Source: a bacterium
GTDB taxonomy: Bacteria > Desulfobacterota > DSWW01
Reading direction: 5' to 3'
Assembly: GCA_040756235.1 (NCBI GenBank)
Contig: JBFLZG010000126.1
Span: 64,001 to 128,000, forward strand
DNA: 64,000 nt
Shown: piece by piece, positions 27,743 through 36,479 of the stretch
How positions within the stretch are numbered: position 1 is the stretch's first letter
Layout of the letters: each line of letters opens with the position of its first letter
The notes under the pieces: generated by a model
The model's input: only the letters and a program-made list of their open reading frames with translations
Told to the model about the DNA's origin: nothing
Database searches by the model: none
Program-made: the position numbers and the translations under genes

Positions 27743-28996
27743 CTACCGGGGCCGGCAGACAGGACCAGCCGCGCGGGCGGCATGGGGTCCGCGCGCCTCG
27801 ACCCGGGCGCGGTCGGGAAGCATTTCAAGGATCACGGCTGCGGCCCGCTCCGAAGCTCCGGGGCGGCCGAGAAGGTCCCGGACTTCAGCCAAACCCTTCT
27901 TCACGTCGAAGTAGTAAATCGAGCTCTCCAGAAGGCGGCAGCAGAGCGCGCCGATCGCCTCGGGTTTCAGGTCGCCCTGGAGCAGCTCGGGTACCACGGC
28001 TCTTCGGGACACCAGGTTGACCAGACTGATCGACGGCACGCGCACCAGCAGCCGGCCGAGCAGAAAAGTGACCGGAGACACCTTGTACACCACGATCATC
28101 GGCACCCCAAGCAGGGCCAGCTCGAGCGTGGCCGTACCCGAGGCCACGATCGCCAGGTCGCAGAGCGCCATGGCCCGGGTCGTTGCGGAGCGGACTCTGC
28201 GGACGGGAAGGCGGCCGCTCTCGAGGATCGGTGTGTACACTTCGTCAGGCAGCCCCGGCGCCTGGCCCAGCAGGAACTGGGTGCGGGGAAATCGGGAACG
28301 GAGGCTCCCGGCTCCGGCCAGCATGGCCGGCAGCAGCCTGGATACTTCACCGCTGCGGCTTCCCGGAAAGAGCCCCACCACCGGGAACAGCGGGGAGAGC
28401 CCGAGCCCGTCGTGCTCCTCGCTGCGCGTTTGCTCGGAGACCTCCTCGAGGGCGTCCAGCAGGGGATGGCCGACGTAGCTCACCGGGACCCCGCTTTTTC
28501 GATAGAGAGCCTCTTCGAACGGAAAGATCACGATCATCCTCGAGACGGTCTGTGCGATCTGCCGGATTCTCGCCCGCCGCCAAGCCCAGATCTGGGGGCT
28601 GATGTAGTAGACGACCGGGATGCCGCGCCTGGCCGCGACTCGTGCCAGGCGCAGGTTGAAATCCGGGAAGTCGATCAGGACGAGCAGGTCCGGCGGCTCC
28701 CGGTTCAACTGGAGCTTGACTTCGCGCAGGGCCTTTCCGATGTGCCGCAGTCTGCCCAGGATCTCGGTGATGCCCACGACGGCAAGCTCAGAGGCGTGAA
28801 ACATCAGAGAGACGCCCGCCTCGGCCATCGCCCCTCCCCCGATTCCGTAAAGCCGGATTTCCGGCCGCGCCCGCAGGAGGCTCTTGGCGAGCCTGGCGCC
28901 GTGCATGTCGCCCGAAGCCTCGCCGGCAATGACCAGGACCCTCGGACCCGAGGGGGCGACGGGCGGACGGCTCGGGATGAGACCAGGCTCAGGCAT
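27743..28996 (-). CDS. lpxB: lipid-A-disaccharide synthase
   Basis: IAGEASGDMHG, IDFPDFN, YISPQIWAWR, FPGSR and ASGTATLE; start moved to ATG 28996 because the upstream extension runs into a repeat. Confidence 0.93.
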   Translation of the reverse strand: MPEPGLIPSRPPVAPSGPRVLVIAGEASGDMHGARLAKSLLRARPEIRLYGIGGGAMAEAGVSLMFHASELAVVGITEILGRLRHIGKALREVKLQLNREPPDLLVLIDFPDFNLRLARVAARRGIPVVYYISPQIWAWRRARIRQIAQTVSRMIVIFPFEEALYRKSGVPVSYVGHPLLDALEEVSEQTRSEEHDGLGLSPLFPVVGLFPGSRSGEVSRLLPAMLAGAGSLRSRFPRTQFLLGQAPGLPDEVYTPILESGRLPVRRVRSATTRAMALCDLAIVASGTATLELALLGVPMIVVYKVSPVTFLLGRLLVRVPSISLVNLVSRRAVVPELLQGDLKPEAIGALCCRLLESSIYYFDVKKGLAEVRDLLGRPGASERAAAVILEMLPDRARVEARGPHAARAAGPVCRPR

Positions 28997-29015
28997 CGAG
29001 ATCACCCGCACAAGG

Positions 29016-29140
29016 CAGGCTGTTGAAAAACGCCCATCTGCTGCGTTCGGTTCGTTGTTCGTCATTGCGGCGTACGAGTCCGTACGCCTCGTTCCTCAGA
29101 GCTTCTCCTGCCTGGCATCTGGGCATTTTTGAACAGCCTG
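29016..29140 (-). mobile_element. MITE-like repeat (family A), reverse orientation
   Basis: Terminal inverted repeat CAGGCTGTTGAAAAA...TTTTTGAACAGCCTG; internal GGCGTAC-n6-GTACGCC hairpin. Confidence 0.85.
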
Positions 29141-29173
29141 CGTGAGGCGGTTCTTGAGACGGGCTCCTTACGG

Positions 29174-30163
29174 TCACGAGGAGCGCATGCGTCGCAGGAT
29201 GCGCAAAGCCACCTCCAGCGCCCTCCTGCCCTCTGCGCCCCCGACCTCGGGAGGCTCACGGCTGCGGACGCTCGATACGAAGGCGGCGAGCTCGTCGTGG
29301 AGCGCATCGGAATCCGTGATCTTGTGCTGCTCGCCGGTGATCTCGGGCGCTCCTCCTTCGGGCCGCACCTTCCTGCGGAAGATCTGGACTTCGCGGGCGT
29401 CGTAGTCGACCGAGAGGTAGGCATCGGGCTGAAAGAACCGGATCTTGCGCGTTCTCTTCAGACTGACGCGGCTCGCCGTGAGGTTGGCGACCGTCCCGTC
29501 GCGAAAATACAGCCGCGCGTTCGCGATGTCCACGTTGTTGGAAAGAACCGGTACCCCCACCGAATCCACCTTGAGGAGGGGCGTCCTCACGAATTTGAGC
29601 ACGATGTCGATGTCGTGGATCATAAGGTCGAGGACCACGTCCACGTCGGTCCCTCTTTCCTGAAACGGACCCAGCCGATGGGCCTCGATGAAGCGGGGGG
29701 ATTCGAGCACGCCTTGGGCGGCTTTCCAGGCCGCGTTGAAGCGCTCGAGGTGCCCCACTTGAAGGATCCGCCCGTTCCTGCGCGCCAACCGGACGAGCTC
29801 GGAGGCTTCTCGAAGAGTCGACGCCATGGGCTTCTCGATGAGCACGTCGATGCGATGGGCCAGCAAGCCTCGGGCGACGGCGTAGTGCTCCGTGGTCGGG
29901 ACGGCCACGCTCGCGGCGTCGATCAGAGGATACACCTCCTCGGGGCTCCGGAAGGCCCGCGTACCCAGGGCGCCGGCCACGGCCGCGGCACGCTCGGCAT
30001 CCTTGTCCACGACGCCCGCCAACTCCACGCCTTCCATGGCTGCGTATTTCTGCGCGTGATACCGGCCCAGGTATCCCACTCCGATGACCGCCGTGCGGAT
30101 CCGGTGCGGGGAAGCCCTCCGGTCCGTCTGCAGGTGCGAGGCCGAAACAGAGGGGTGCGTCAC
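29174..30163 (-). CDS. gnnA: Gfo/Idh/MocA oxidoreductase, GnnA-like UDP-GlcNAc 3-dehydrogenase
   Basis: AVIGVGYLGRYHA, IEKPMA, VGHLERFN and DVVLDLMIHDID; lies between lpxA and lpxB. Confidence 0.75.
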   Translation of the reverse strand: MTHPSVSASHLQTDRRASPHRIRTAVIGVGYLGRYHAQKYAAMEGVELAGVVDKDAERAAAVAGALGTRAFRSPEEVYPLIDAASVAVPTTEHYAVARGLLAHRIDVLIEKPMASTLREASELVRLARRNGRILQVGHLERFNAAWKAAQGVLESPRFIEAHRLGPFQERGTDVDVVLDLMIHDIDIVLKFVRTPLLKVDSVGVPVLSNNVDIANARLYFRDGTVANLTASRVSLKRTRKIRFFQPDAYLSVDYDAREVQIFRRKVRPEGGAPEITGEQHKITDSDALHDELAAFVSSVRSREPPEVGGAEGRRALEVALRILRRMRSS

Positions 30164-30930
30164 CGGCAGATGCCTCTGCGGCTGCCCTTGAGGAAATCGA
30201 GCAGGTGGGCGACATCGGGGTCGTTCCCGAGGTCGCCCGTCACCTGGTCGATCGCGCCTTCCAGGAGCAGACCCGACTGGAAGAGAGTTCGGTAGGCTTT
30301 GCGCAGCCGGCGAAGCTGCTCGGGAGCGAAGCCGTTGCGGCGCAGCCCCACCAGATTCAGCCCGTAGAGCCGGGTGCGGAAGCCGGCTGCGCTGGTGTAC
30401 GGGGGAATGTCCAGGGACACGCCCGAGAGGGCGGCCACCATCGCGAACCGGCCGATGCGCACGAACTGGTGGACGCCCACCAGCCCGCCGAGGATGGCGC
30501 TCCGCTCGACCAGGACGTGGCCCGCCAGGGTGGCTCCGTTGGACATGATCACCGAGTCCTCGATGGTGCAGTCGTGGGCCACGTGACAGTAAGCCATGAA
30601 GACGTTGCGGTTGCCGATGGAGGTGATGCCGCGGTCCTGAACGGTGCCGAGGTGGATCGTCACGAACTCGCGGAACACGTTGCCCGATCCGATCTTGAGC
30701 TCGGTCGGCTCGCCGCGGTACTTCATGTGCTGCGGGATCTCGCCGATCGAGGCGAACTGAAAGATGCGGTTGTTCTCACCGATCTCGGTCCTGCCGCCGA
30801 TCACGACGTGGGGGCCGACCCAGGTCCCGGAGCCGATCCTGACGTGCGGGCCGATGGTGCAATAGGGGCCGATCTCGGCGGACGCATGGATTTCGGCCCC
30901 CGGTTCCACGATCGCCGTGGGGTGTATCAT
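30160..30930 (-). CDS. lpxA: acyl-ACP--UDP-N-acetylglucosamine O-acyltransferase
   Basis: MIHPTAIV, hexapeptide repeats, REFVTIH, AYCHVAHDC and VHQFVRIG. Confidence 0.95.
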   Translation of the reverse strand: MIHPTAIVEPGAEIHASAEIGPYCTIGPHVRIGSGTWVGPHVVIGGRTEIGENNRIFQFASIGEIPQHMKYRGEPTELKIGSGNVFREFVTIHLGTVQDRGITSIGNRNVFMAYCHVAHDCTIEDSVIMSNGATLAGHVLVERSAILGGLVGVHQFVRIGRFAMVAALSGVSLDIPPYTSAAGFRTRLYGLNLVGLRRNGFAPEQLRRLRKAYRTLFQSGLLLEGAIDQVTGDLGNDPDVAHLLDFLKGSRRGICR

Positions 30931-31376
30931 TCCTGCTCCTCCAGGCTGTGAGGCAGAAAGGCTGCCAGCAGGACGGCTTCCATCACCGTCGTGCCGTCGA
31001 CCGTGGCCGTGCCCTTCACCTTCCAGATGTCCCGTTTTCTTTTCAGAAACTCCAGCTCGAACAGGACCTGATCCCCCGGCAGAACCGGCCTGCGGAATCG
31101 CACTTCGTCCAAACCGGCCAGGTAGAGCATGCCGTTGTCGGTCCCGGCTTGGGTGCGCAGCACGAACAGCGCTCCCACCTGGGCCATGGCCTCCACCAGG
31201 ACCGTTCCCGGAACGATGGGGGCTCCGGGGAAGTGGCCCTGGAAGAAAGGTTCGTTCACTGTGAAGTTCTTGAGGCCCAGGATGCGTTTGCCCGTCTCGA
31301 GCTCGACGACGCGATCCACCAGGAGAATGGGATAGCGGTGGCGGAGCAGTCTCTGGATCTCACAGGCTTCGAGCAT
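30927..31376 (-). CDS. fabZ: 3-hydroxyacyl-ACP dehydratase
   Basis: LRHRYPILLVDRV, NEPFFQGHFP and EAMAQ..FRRPVLPGD. Confidence 0.95.
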   Translation of the reverse strand: MLEACEIQRLLRHRYPILLVDRVVELETGKRILGLKNFTVNEPFFQGHFPGAPIVPGTVLVEAMAQVGALFVLRTQAGTDNGMLYLAGLDEVRFRRPVLPGDQVLFELEFLKRKRDIWKVKGTATVDGTTVMEAVLLAAFLPHSLEEQE

Positions 31377-31381
31377 GGGCT

Positions 31382-32515
31382 TCAAGGCTCTCTCCCCTTC
31401 GTCCGATCGTCGGCCGGGGCCGCGCGCGCGTCGCCGCCTGCCGGCGCCGCTCCTCCCGCTCCCGCCCCCTCCCCCGGGGACGGTGCGGCCTCCAGGCACG
31501 AGCGCAGCGCCCGGATCTCGCTCTCCAGCTTGAAGACCCGCTCACGCAGCTGGGGAAGCCGCTTGAAGGCCGCAATCGTCTTGAGGAAGTGTTCGTAGGG
31601 CATCGTGGGGATGCCGGAGACGACCTCGCCGTCCCGAATGGAGGCGTGAATGCCGGACTTGGCGCCGACCTTGACGTCGTTGCCGATGCGGATGTGGCCG
31701 ACCGCGCCGACCTGGCCGGCCAGCACGGCGCGGTCGCCCACGACGGTGGAGCCGGAGATGCCGACCTGTGAGACGAGCACCGCGTCCTCGCCGATTCGCA
31801 CGTTGTGGGCCACCTGCACGAGGTTGTCGATCTTGGCGCCTCTGCCGATGCGCGTCTCCCCCAGGGTCGCCCGGTCGACGCAGCTGTTGGCTCCGATCTC
31901 CACGTCATCTTCGATTCGCACGATGCCGACCTGGGGGATCTTGAGGTGACGGCCGTCCTCCTGCGCGAAGCCGAAGCCGTCCGCACCCACGACCGCGCCG
32001 TCATGGAGGATGACGCGGTCTCCCACGATGCAGCGTTCCCGGACCGAGACGTGCGCGTGGATGCGGCAGTCCTGGCCCACCCGGGCGCCTTCACCCACGC
32101 ATGCGAAAGGGTACAGGACCGTACCCGCGCCGATTGCGGCATGCTGGCCCACGTAGGCGAACGGGAAGACGGTGACGCCCGCGCCGAGGGCGGCCGACGG
32201 CTCCACCCACGCTGCCGGAGATATGCCGGGCTCCGGGCGCACCTCCGGATGGAAGATCGCCAGGGCCCGGGCAAAGGTCCCGTAAGGGTTGCTCGAGATC
32301 AACACCGGGATCGGGGCATCCGCCAGGTCCGGGGGGACGATGGCGGCCGCCGCTCGAGTGGTACGGAGCTTGTTGCGATACCGGGCGTTGGCCACGAACG
32401 TCAGCTCGCCGGCTCCGGCCTCTTCGATCCCCGCCATTCCGCACAGGACCGTGCCGGCATCCCCTTGAAACCGGAGGCCGAGCCGTTGCGCCAGCTGTTC
32501 CAGTGTGAAAGGCAC
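31382..32515 (-). CDS. lpxD: UDP-3-O-acylglucosamine N-acyltransferase
   Basis: GADGFGF, KIPQVG, IGANSCVDRA and KIDNLVQVAHNV. Confidence 0.95.
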   Translation of the reverse strand: MPFTLEQLAQRLGLRFQGDAGTVLCGMAGIEEAGAGELTFVANARYRNKLRTTRAAAAIVPPDLADAPIPVLISSNPYGTFARALAIFHPEVRPEPGISPAAWVEPSAALGAGVTVFPFAYVGQHAAIGAGTVLYPFACVGEGARVGQDCRIHAHVSVRERCIVGDRVILHDGAVVGADGFGFAQEDGRHLKIPQVGIVRIEDDVEIGANSCVDRATLGETRIGRGAKIDNLVQVAHNVRIGEDAVLVSQVGISGSTVVGDRAVLAGQVGAVGHIRIGNDVKVGAKSGIHASIRDGEVVSGIPTMPYEHFLKTIAAFKRLPQLRERVFKLESEIRALRSCLEAAPSPGEGAGAGGAAPAGGDARAAPADDRTKGREP

Positions 32516-32683
32516 CCACACCCTCCCGCCCAAGGCTCGGCCCAAGACAGGTGAAAGGCTAAGAGTGAAAGCTCAAATGCTACGAGATCGTTCGGCGTTC
32601 ACCTTCTTATGTTCCGGGGCATCTTGGCTTGTCAACCAGCCTGTGCCGAGCTGCCTGCGGAACTCTCCAAGAGCTCGCCTCCC

Positions 32684-32813
32684 GGAGGCGGTTCAGAAAT
32701 GCCCAGATGCAAGGCGCACGAGATCCTGAGGAATGAGGCGTACCGGACAGTACGCCGCAATGACGAAGGATGAGTGCAACGCCGCAGATGGGTATTTGTG
32801 GACAGCCTCCTAG
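32684..32813 (+). mobile_element. MITE-like repeat (family A) overlapping the skp stop
   Basis: GGAGGCGGTTCAGAAATGCCCAGATGCAAGGCGCACGAG...CGCAGATGGGTATTTGTGGACAGCCTCCTAG; closely matches the 16208-16403 copy. Confidence 0.85.
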
Positions 32814-33337
32814 GGCGTCTTCTTGTTATCGTCGTAAAGTTTAATGATCGGGTCCGTGATGTCGATCTTGTTGGATCCGTAGAGCACCGCGCTCTGCGTC
32901 TTCTCCAGGATCAGGTCGAATCCTTCCTTCTTGCCGTAGTTCTCGATGATGCTCTGCAGGTCCTTCAGGATCTTCTCGCTGAGCTCTCGGTCCTCCCGCT
33001 GCAGCTCTTCCTGAGAGTCCTTGACCATGCGCTGATAGTCCCTGAGCTTGTACTGATACGACTTCTCCTTGTCTTGTCGTGCGACTTCGCTGAGCACCCC
33101 GCTCTGCCGTTCGAACTCCTCCTTCAGTGTGTTCAGCTCGTCCTGCTTGCTCTTGAGGTCGCCCTGGATCTTCTCCACCTTCTTCTGGAAAACGCCCTTG
33201 GCTTTTTTCCCTTCCGTGGAGATCTCCATGGCCTTTTGGAGGTCCACGACGCCCACCTTGAACTCGGCCCTGGCGAGCGCGGGGAGAAGAAGGAGCGAGA
33301 GACAGACGGCCCAGATCGAAGTCACGGTTCTTTTCAT
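32810..33337 (-). CDS. skp: Skp/OmpH periplasmic chaperone
   Basis: Signal peptide, KVGVVDLQKAM, coiled coil and IDITDPII; directly after bamA. Confidence 0.92.
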   Translation of the reverse strand: MKRTVTSIWAVCLSLLLLPALARAEFKVGVVDLQKAMEISTEGKKAKGVFQKKVEKIQGDLKSKQDELNTLKEEFERQSGVLSEVARQDKEKSYQYKLRDYQRMVKDSQEELQREDRELSEKILKDLQSIIENYGKKEGFDLILEKTQSAVLYGSNKIDITDPIIKLYDDNKKTP

Positions 33338-33411
33338 TGCTGCACGCCTCCTGGTCTTTGCGAACCCCATGGTTCCTTTCCTGTTTGACCTGCCCTTCCT
33401 GGATCGATCCA

Positions 33412-35712
33412 TCAATAGGACGTACCGATCGAGAACTGCACGGCGCTCGAATCCTCCCCTTCCCTCTTGTCCAGAGGGAAGCCCAGCACGAACGTCAGGG
33501 GCCCGAGGGGCGAGAACCAGCGGATCCCGGCTCCCGCGCTCAGCCGCAAACCGGGGAACCGGATGCTCTCGTCTTCGCTGAATGCGTTCCCGGCGTCGAA
33601 GAACGCCAGCCCCCGCAGCTTCACCTGAGGGACGAGGGGAAAGATGTATTCGAAGTTCAGGATGAGCTCCTTGTCGCCGCCGATGACCGTGCCCTGGACC
33701 TCCGGACCCAGGGACCGCACGTCGAACCCGCGCACCGTGCTGATGCCTCCCACGAAGAAGCGTTCGAACACCGGGAGTCGGTCTCCGCCGATCCCGTACC
33801 CCACTCCCACCCGGCCGCGGAGGTGGAAGGTCGTGTCCAGGTAGAACGGAATGTACCAGCCGGTGTCCAGCCGGAGCTTGACGAAGTCGTTGTCCCCGCC
33901 GAGGGCGGTTCCGGCGAACTCGACGGAACCAATGTTCAGGGAGCCGCGCAGGGGATAGAGCGGGTTGTCCAGGGTGTCCCGGACCACGGAAAAAGTCACG
34001 GAACTGGTGGTGCTCTGGCCTTCCTCGGCCTTGAGCGTAACCGGAGCGTCGGAGCTCACGTCGGAGATGTCCACGTCCTCGTACTTGTACATGGCGCTGC
34101 CGCGCAGGTGCTCGAGGAATTCGTAGCCGATGCGGAAAGCGCCGCCGATTCCCTTGCGCGTGAAATCATCGTAGTCGTACTTCGTGTTGAACACGTCAAA
34201 ACCCAGAGACAGCGGGATGTCGAAGAGCCAGGGCTCGGTGAAGCTCAAGGCGACGTTCTGCCGCGTGCCGCCGACCTCGGCGTTGAGCGAAAGCACCTGC
34301 CCTCGTCCGAACAGGTTGCTCTGCGTGATGTTGGCCATGAAGATGAACTGATCCGTGGAGCTGAAGCCGGCACCGCCGCTCAACGTGCCGGTCTGCCCTT
34401 CCTTCACGTCGACCACGACGTCGAGCTGGTTCGGCTCGGCGCCGGGCTGGGTCGTGAGGTTGATCGACTCGAAGAAGCCGAGTCGGTTGATTTCTTCCTT
34501 GGACTTGCGCAGCTTGGTGCCGCTGTAGAGATCTCCTTCGGCCAGGGCCATCTCTCTGCGGATGACCTTGTCGCGCGTCTTGGTATTGCCGTTGACGCGC
34601 ACGTTGCCGATCGTGACCTTTTCCCCCTTCTTGACCTGATAGGTGATGTCCACCGACAGGGTGCTCTCGTCCGGGGTGTAGAGAGGGACGATGTCGGCGA
34701 ACGCGTAGCCCTGATCGGCGTAGTAGTCGGTCATCACCACGATGTCCTGCTGGAGCTGCTCGCGGCTGAAGATCTCGCCGGGCAGAAGCTTCTGGGCTTC
34801 CCGGAAGAGGGCCTCTTCCTCTGCGGTCGCGTTCTCCCACCGCACGTTCCGGATCCGGTACTGCTTCCCCTCGTCCAGAATGAAGAAGATGTACATGCCC
34901 TCTTCGGTGATCAAGGTCATGGGCGGCTTGGCGGAGAACTGAAGGTAGCCGTTATCCAGATAGAACAGGGTCAGACGCGTCACGTCGTCGCGCACGACGT
35001 CTTCTTTGTAGGTGCCGGCGCCCGTGATGAAAGACAAGAGGCTCTTCTTCTTCGATTCGATCGTCTTGCGCAGCTTCTTGTCGGGAAAGACCTGGTCTCC
35101 GAGAAAGACGATCCTGCGTATCTTGATCTCCTTGTTCTCCTGGATCTTGAAGGCCACCGTGACCTGGTTGTTGTCCTGGGGGCGGATGTCATATTCGATG
35201 GAAGCCCGGAAATACCCTTCGTTGGCGTAGAGCTTGCGGATCTTTTCCACGTTCTCCTTGAGCGCCGCGACGTCGAGGAAATGGTTGGGCTTGAGGGTCA
35301 CGACTTTCTCGAAGTCTTTCAGATCGAGCTTCTTGTTACCCTCGTAGACCACCTCGCGGATGATCGGCCTTTCCTCGACCCGGTAGATCACTTTCACGCC
35401 GCCCGCGACTTCCTCGGTCTCCACGTGGATCGTGCGGAAGTATCCGGTGTCCATGAGGGCGTGGATGTCCTGGCGCACGACCTTCGGGCTCAGGGGTTGT
35501 CCGACCTTGGTGTTGATGCGGAGCAGGACCACGTCGGGCTCGATCCTCTGGTTTCCGGCGACCCCGATCTCCCTGACGACGGGAGCCTCCTCGGGCAGCG
35601 GCGCGGCGATCAAAGCCCCCTGCAGGAGGAGCAACCAGGCCACGAGGCAAGCCAGACGGCGGAAGTGAATCAGAGGCCCCAGCGCACGGCTGTCACGCAC
35701 GTCGATTTTCAA
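33412..35712 (-). CDS. bamA: outer-membrane protein assembly factor BamA
   Basis: POTRA repeats (GNQRIE, GNTKTRDKVIRRE), VRGF motif and WFSPLGPL..FSIG C-terminus; start approximate. Confidence 0.95.
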   Translation of the reverse strand: MKIDVRDSRALGPLIHFRRLACLVAWLLLLQGALIAAPLPEEAPVVREIGVAGNQRIEPDVVLLRINTKVGQPLSPKVVRQDIHALMDTGYFRTIHVETEEVAGGVKVIYRVEERPIIREVVYEGNKKLDLKDFEKVVTLKPNHFLDVAALKENVEKIRKLYANEGYFRASIEYDIRPQDNNQVTVAFKIQENKEIKIRRIVFLGDQVFPDKKLRKTIESKKKSLLSFITGAGTYKEDVVRDDVTRLTLFYLDNGYLQFSAKPPMTLITEEGMYIFFILDEGKQYRIRNVRWENATAEEEALFREAQKLLPGEIFSREQLQQDIVVMTDYYADQGYAFADIVPLYTPDESTLSVDITYQVKKGEKVTIGNVRVNGNTKTRDKVIRREMALAEGDLYSGTKLRKSKEEINRLGFFESINLTTQPGAEPNQLDVVVDVKEGQTGTLSGGAGFSSTDQFIFMANITQSNLFGRGQVLSLNAEVGGTRQNVALSFTEPWLFDIPLSLGFDVFNTKYDYDDFTRKGIGGAFRIGYEFLEHLRGSAMYKYEDVDISDVSSDAPVTLKAEEGQSTTSSVTFSVVRDTLDNPLYPLRGSLNIGSVEFAGTALGGDNDFVKLRLDTGWYIPFYLDTTFHLRGRVGVGYGIGGDRLPVFERFFVGGISTVRGFDVRSLGPEVQGTVIGGDKELILNFEYIFPLVPQVKLRGLAFFDAGNAFSEDESIRFPGLRLSAGAGIRWFSPLGPLTFVLGFPLDKREGEDSSAVQFSIGTSY

Positions 35713-35726
35713 AGCCGTTTCGTCCT

Positions 35727-36479
35727 TTATTCCTCGTTCGAGAGAAGCGAATCCGAGCCTGCCCCTTCCGCGACCCTGCCGTCCACCATGTGGACCTGCC
35801 GATCCAGCCGCCGGGCGAACCGGGGATTGTGGGTGACCACCACCACCGAGATCCCGTGGCTCTGCCGGAGACCGAGGAGGAGGTCCTCGACCGATGCCGC
35901 CGTCCCGGTGTCCAGGTTGCCCGTCGGTTCGTCCGCAAAGATGACCTGGGGTTCCATGACCAGGGCTCTGGCCACGGCCACGCGCTGTTGTTCCCCCCCC
36001 GACAGTCTGCCCGGACGGTGTCCCAGCCGGTTGGCCAGGCCGAGCTCGCCCAGCAGGAATCGGGCACGCTGTTCGGCCCGCGCCCGGGACCATCCGGCGA
36101 TCAGCCCCGGCAGCAGCACGTTCTCCAGGGCCGAAAACTCCGAAAGAAGATAATGGAATTGGAAAACAAATCCAACCTCCCGGCTGCGAAAGGAGGCGAG
36201 GCCCCGTTCGGTCTTCTCGAACAGATTCTCTCCGCGGTACAGGACGCGTCCGCTCGTCGGCCGGTCCAGGGCACCCAGGATGTGAAGGAGCGTTGTCTTG
36301 CCCACTCCCGAAGCACCGAGAATCGCCAGCGTCTCCCCCTTGCGAATGGTGAGGCGGATTCCTTTGAGCACATGGATTTCTTTCTCGCCCATGCGGAATC
36401 GCTTGTGCAGGTCATCGACTCGGAACAGCTCCTCTCCGGTCGAAATGAGCGTGGAGCCTTCTCTGGCCGGGCTACTCAT
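35727..36479 (-). CDS. lolD: lipoprotein-releasing ABC ATPase
   Basis: GASGVGKT, GFVFQFHYLL, LSGGEQQRVA and ADEPTGNLD. Confidence 0.92.
   Translation of the reverse strand: MSSPAREGSTLISTGEELFRVDDLHKRFRMGEKEIHVLKGIRLTIRKGETLAILGASGVGKTTLLHILGALDRPTSGRVLYRGENLFEKTERGLASFRSREVGFVFQFHYLLSEFSALENVLLPGLIAGWSRARAEQRARFLLGELGLANRLGHRPGRLSGGEQQRVAVARALVMEPQVIFADEPTGNLDTGTAASVEDLLLGLRQSHGISVVVVTHNPRFARRLDRQVHMVDGRVAEGAGSDSLLSNEE

Noticed and set aside
28997..29065. N-terminal extension of lpxB in the ORF track
   Set aside because: It largely translates a family A repeat rather than LpxB sequence.
33337..36153. Long antisense or alternative-frame ORFs (938 aa here; also 55895-58384, 1091-2971, 25963-28020, 53439-55220 and others)
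   Set aside because: Shadow ORFs typical of high-GC DNA, lying opposite well-supported genes and lacking recognisable motifs.
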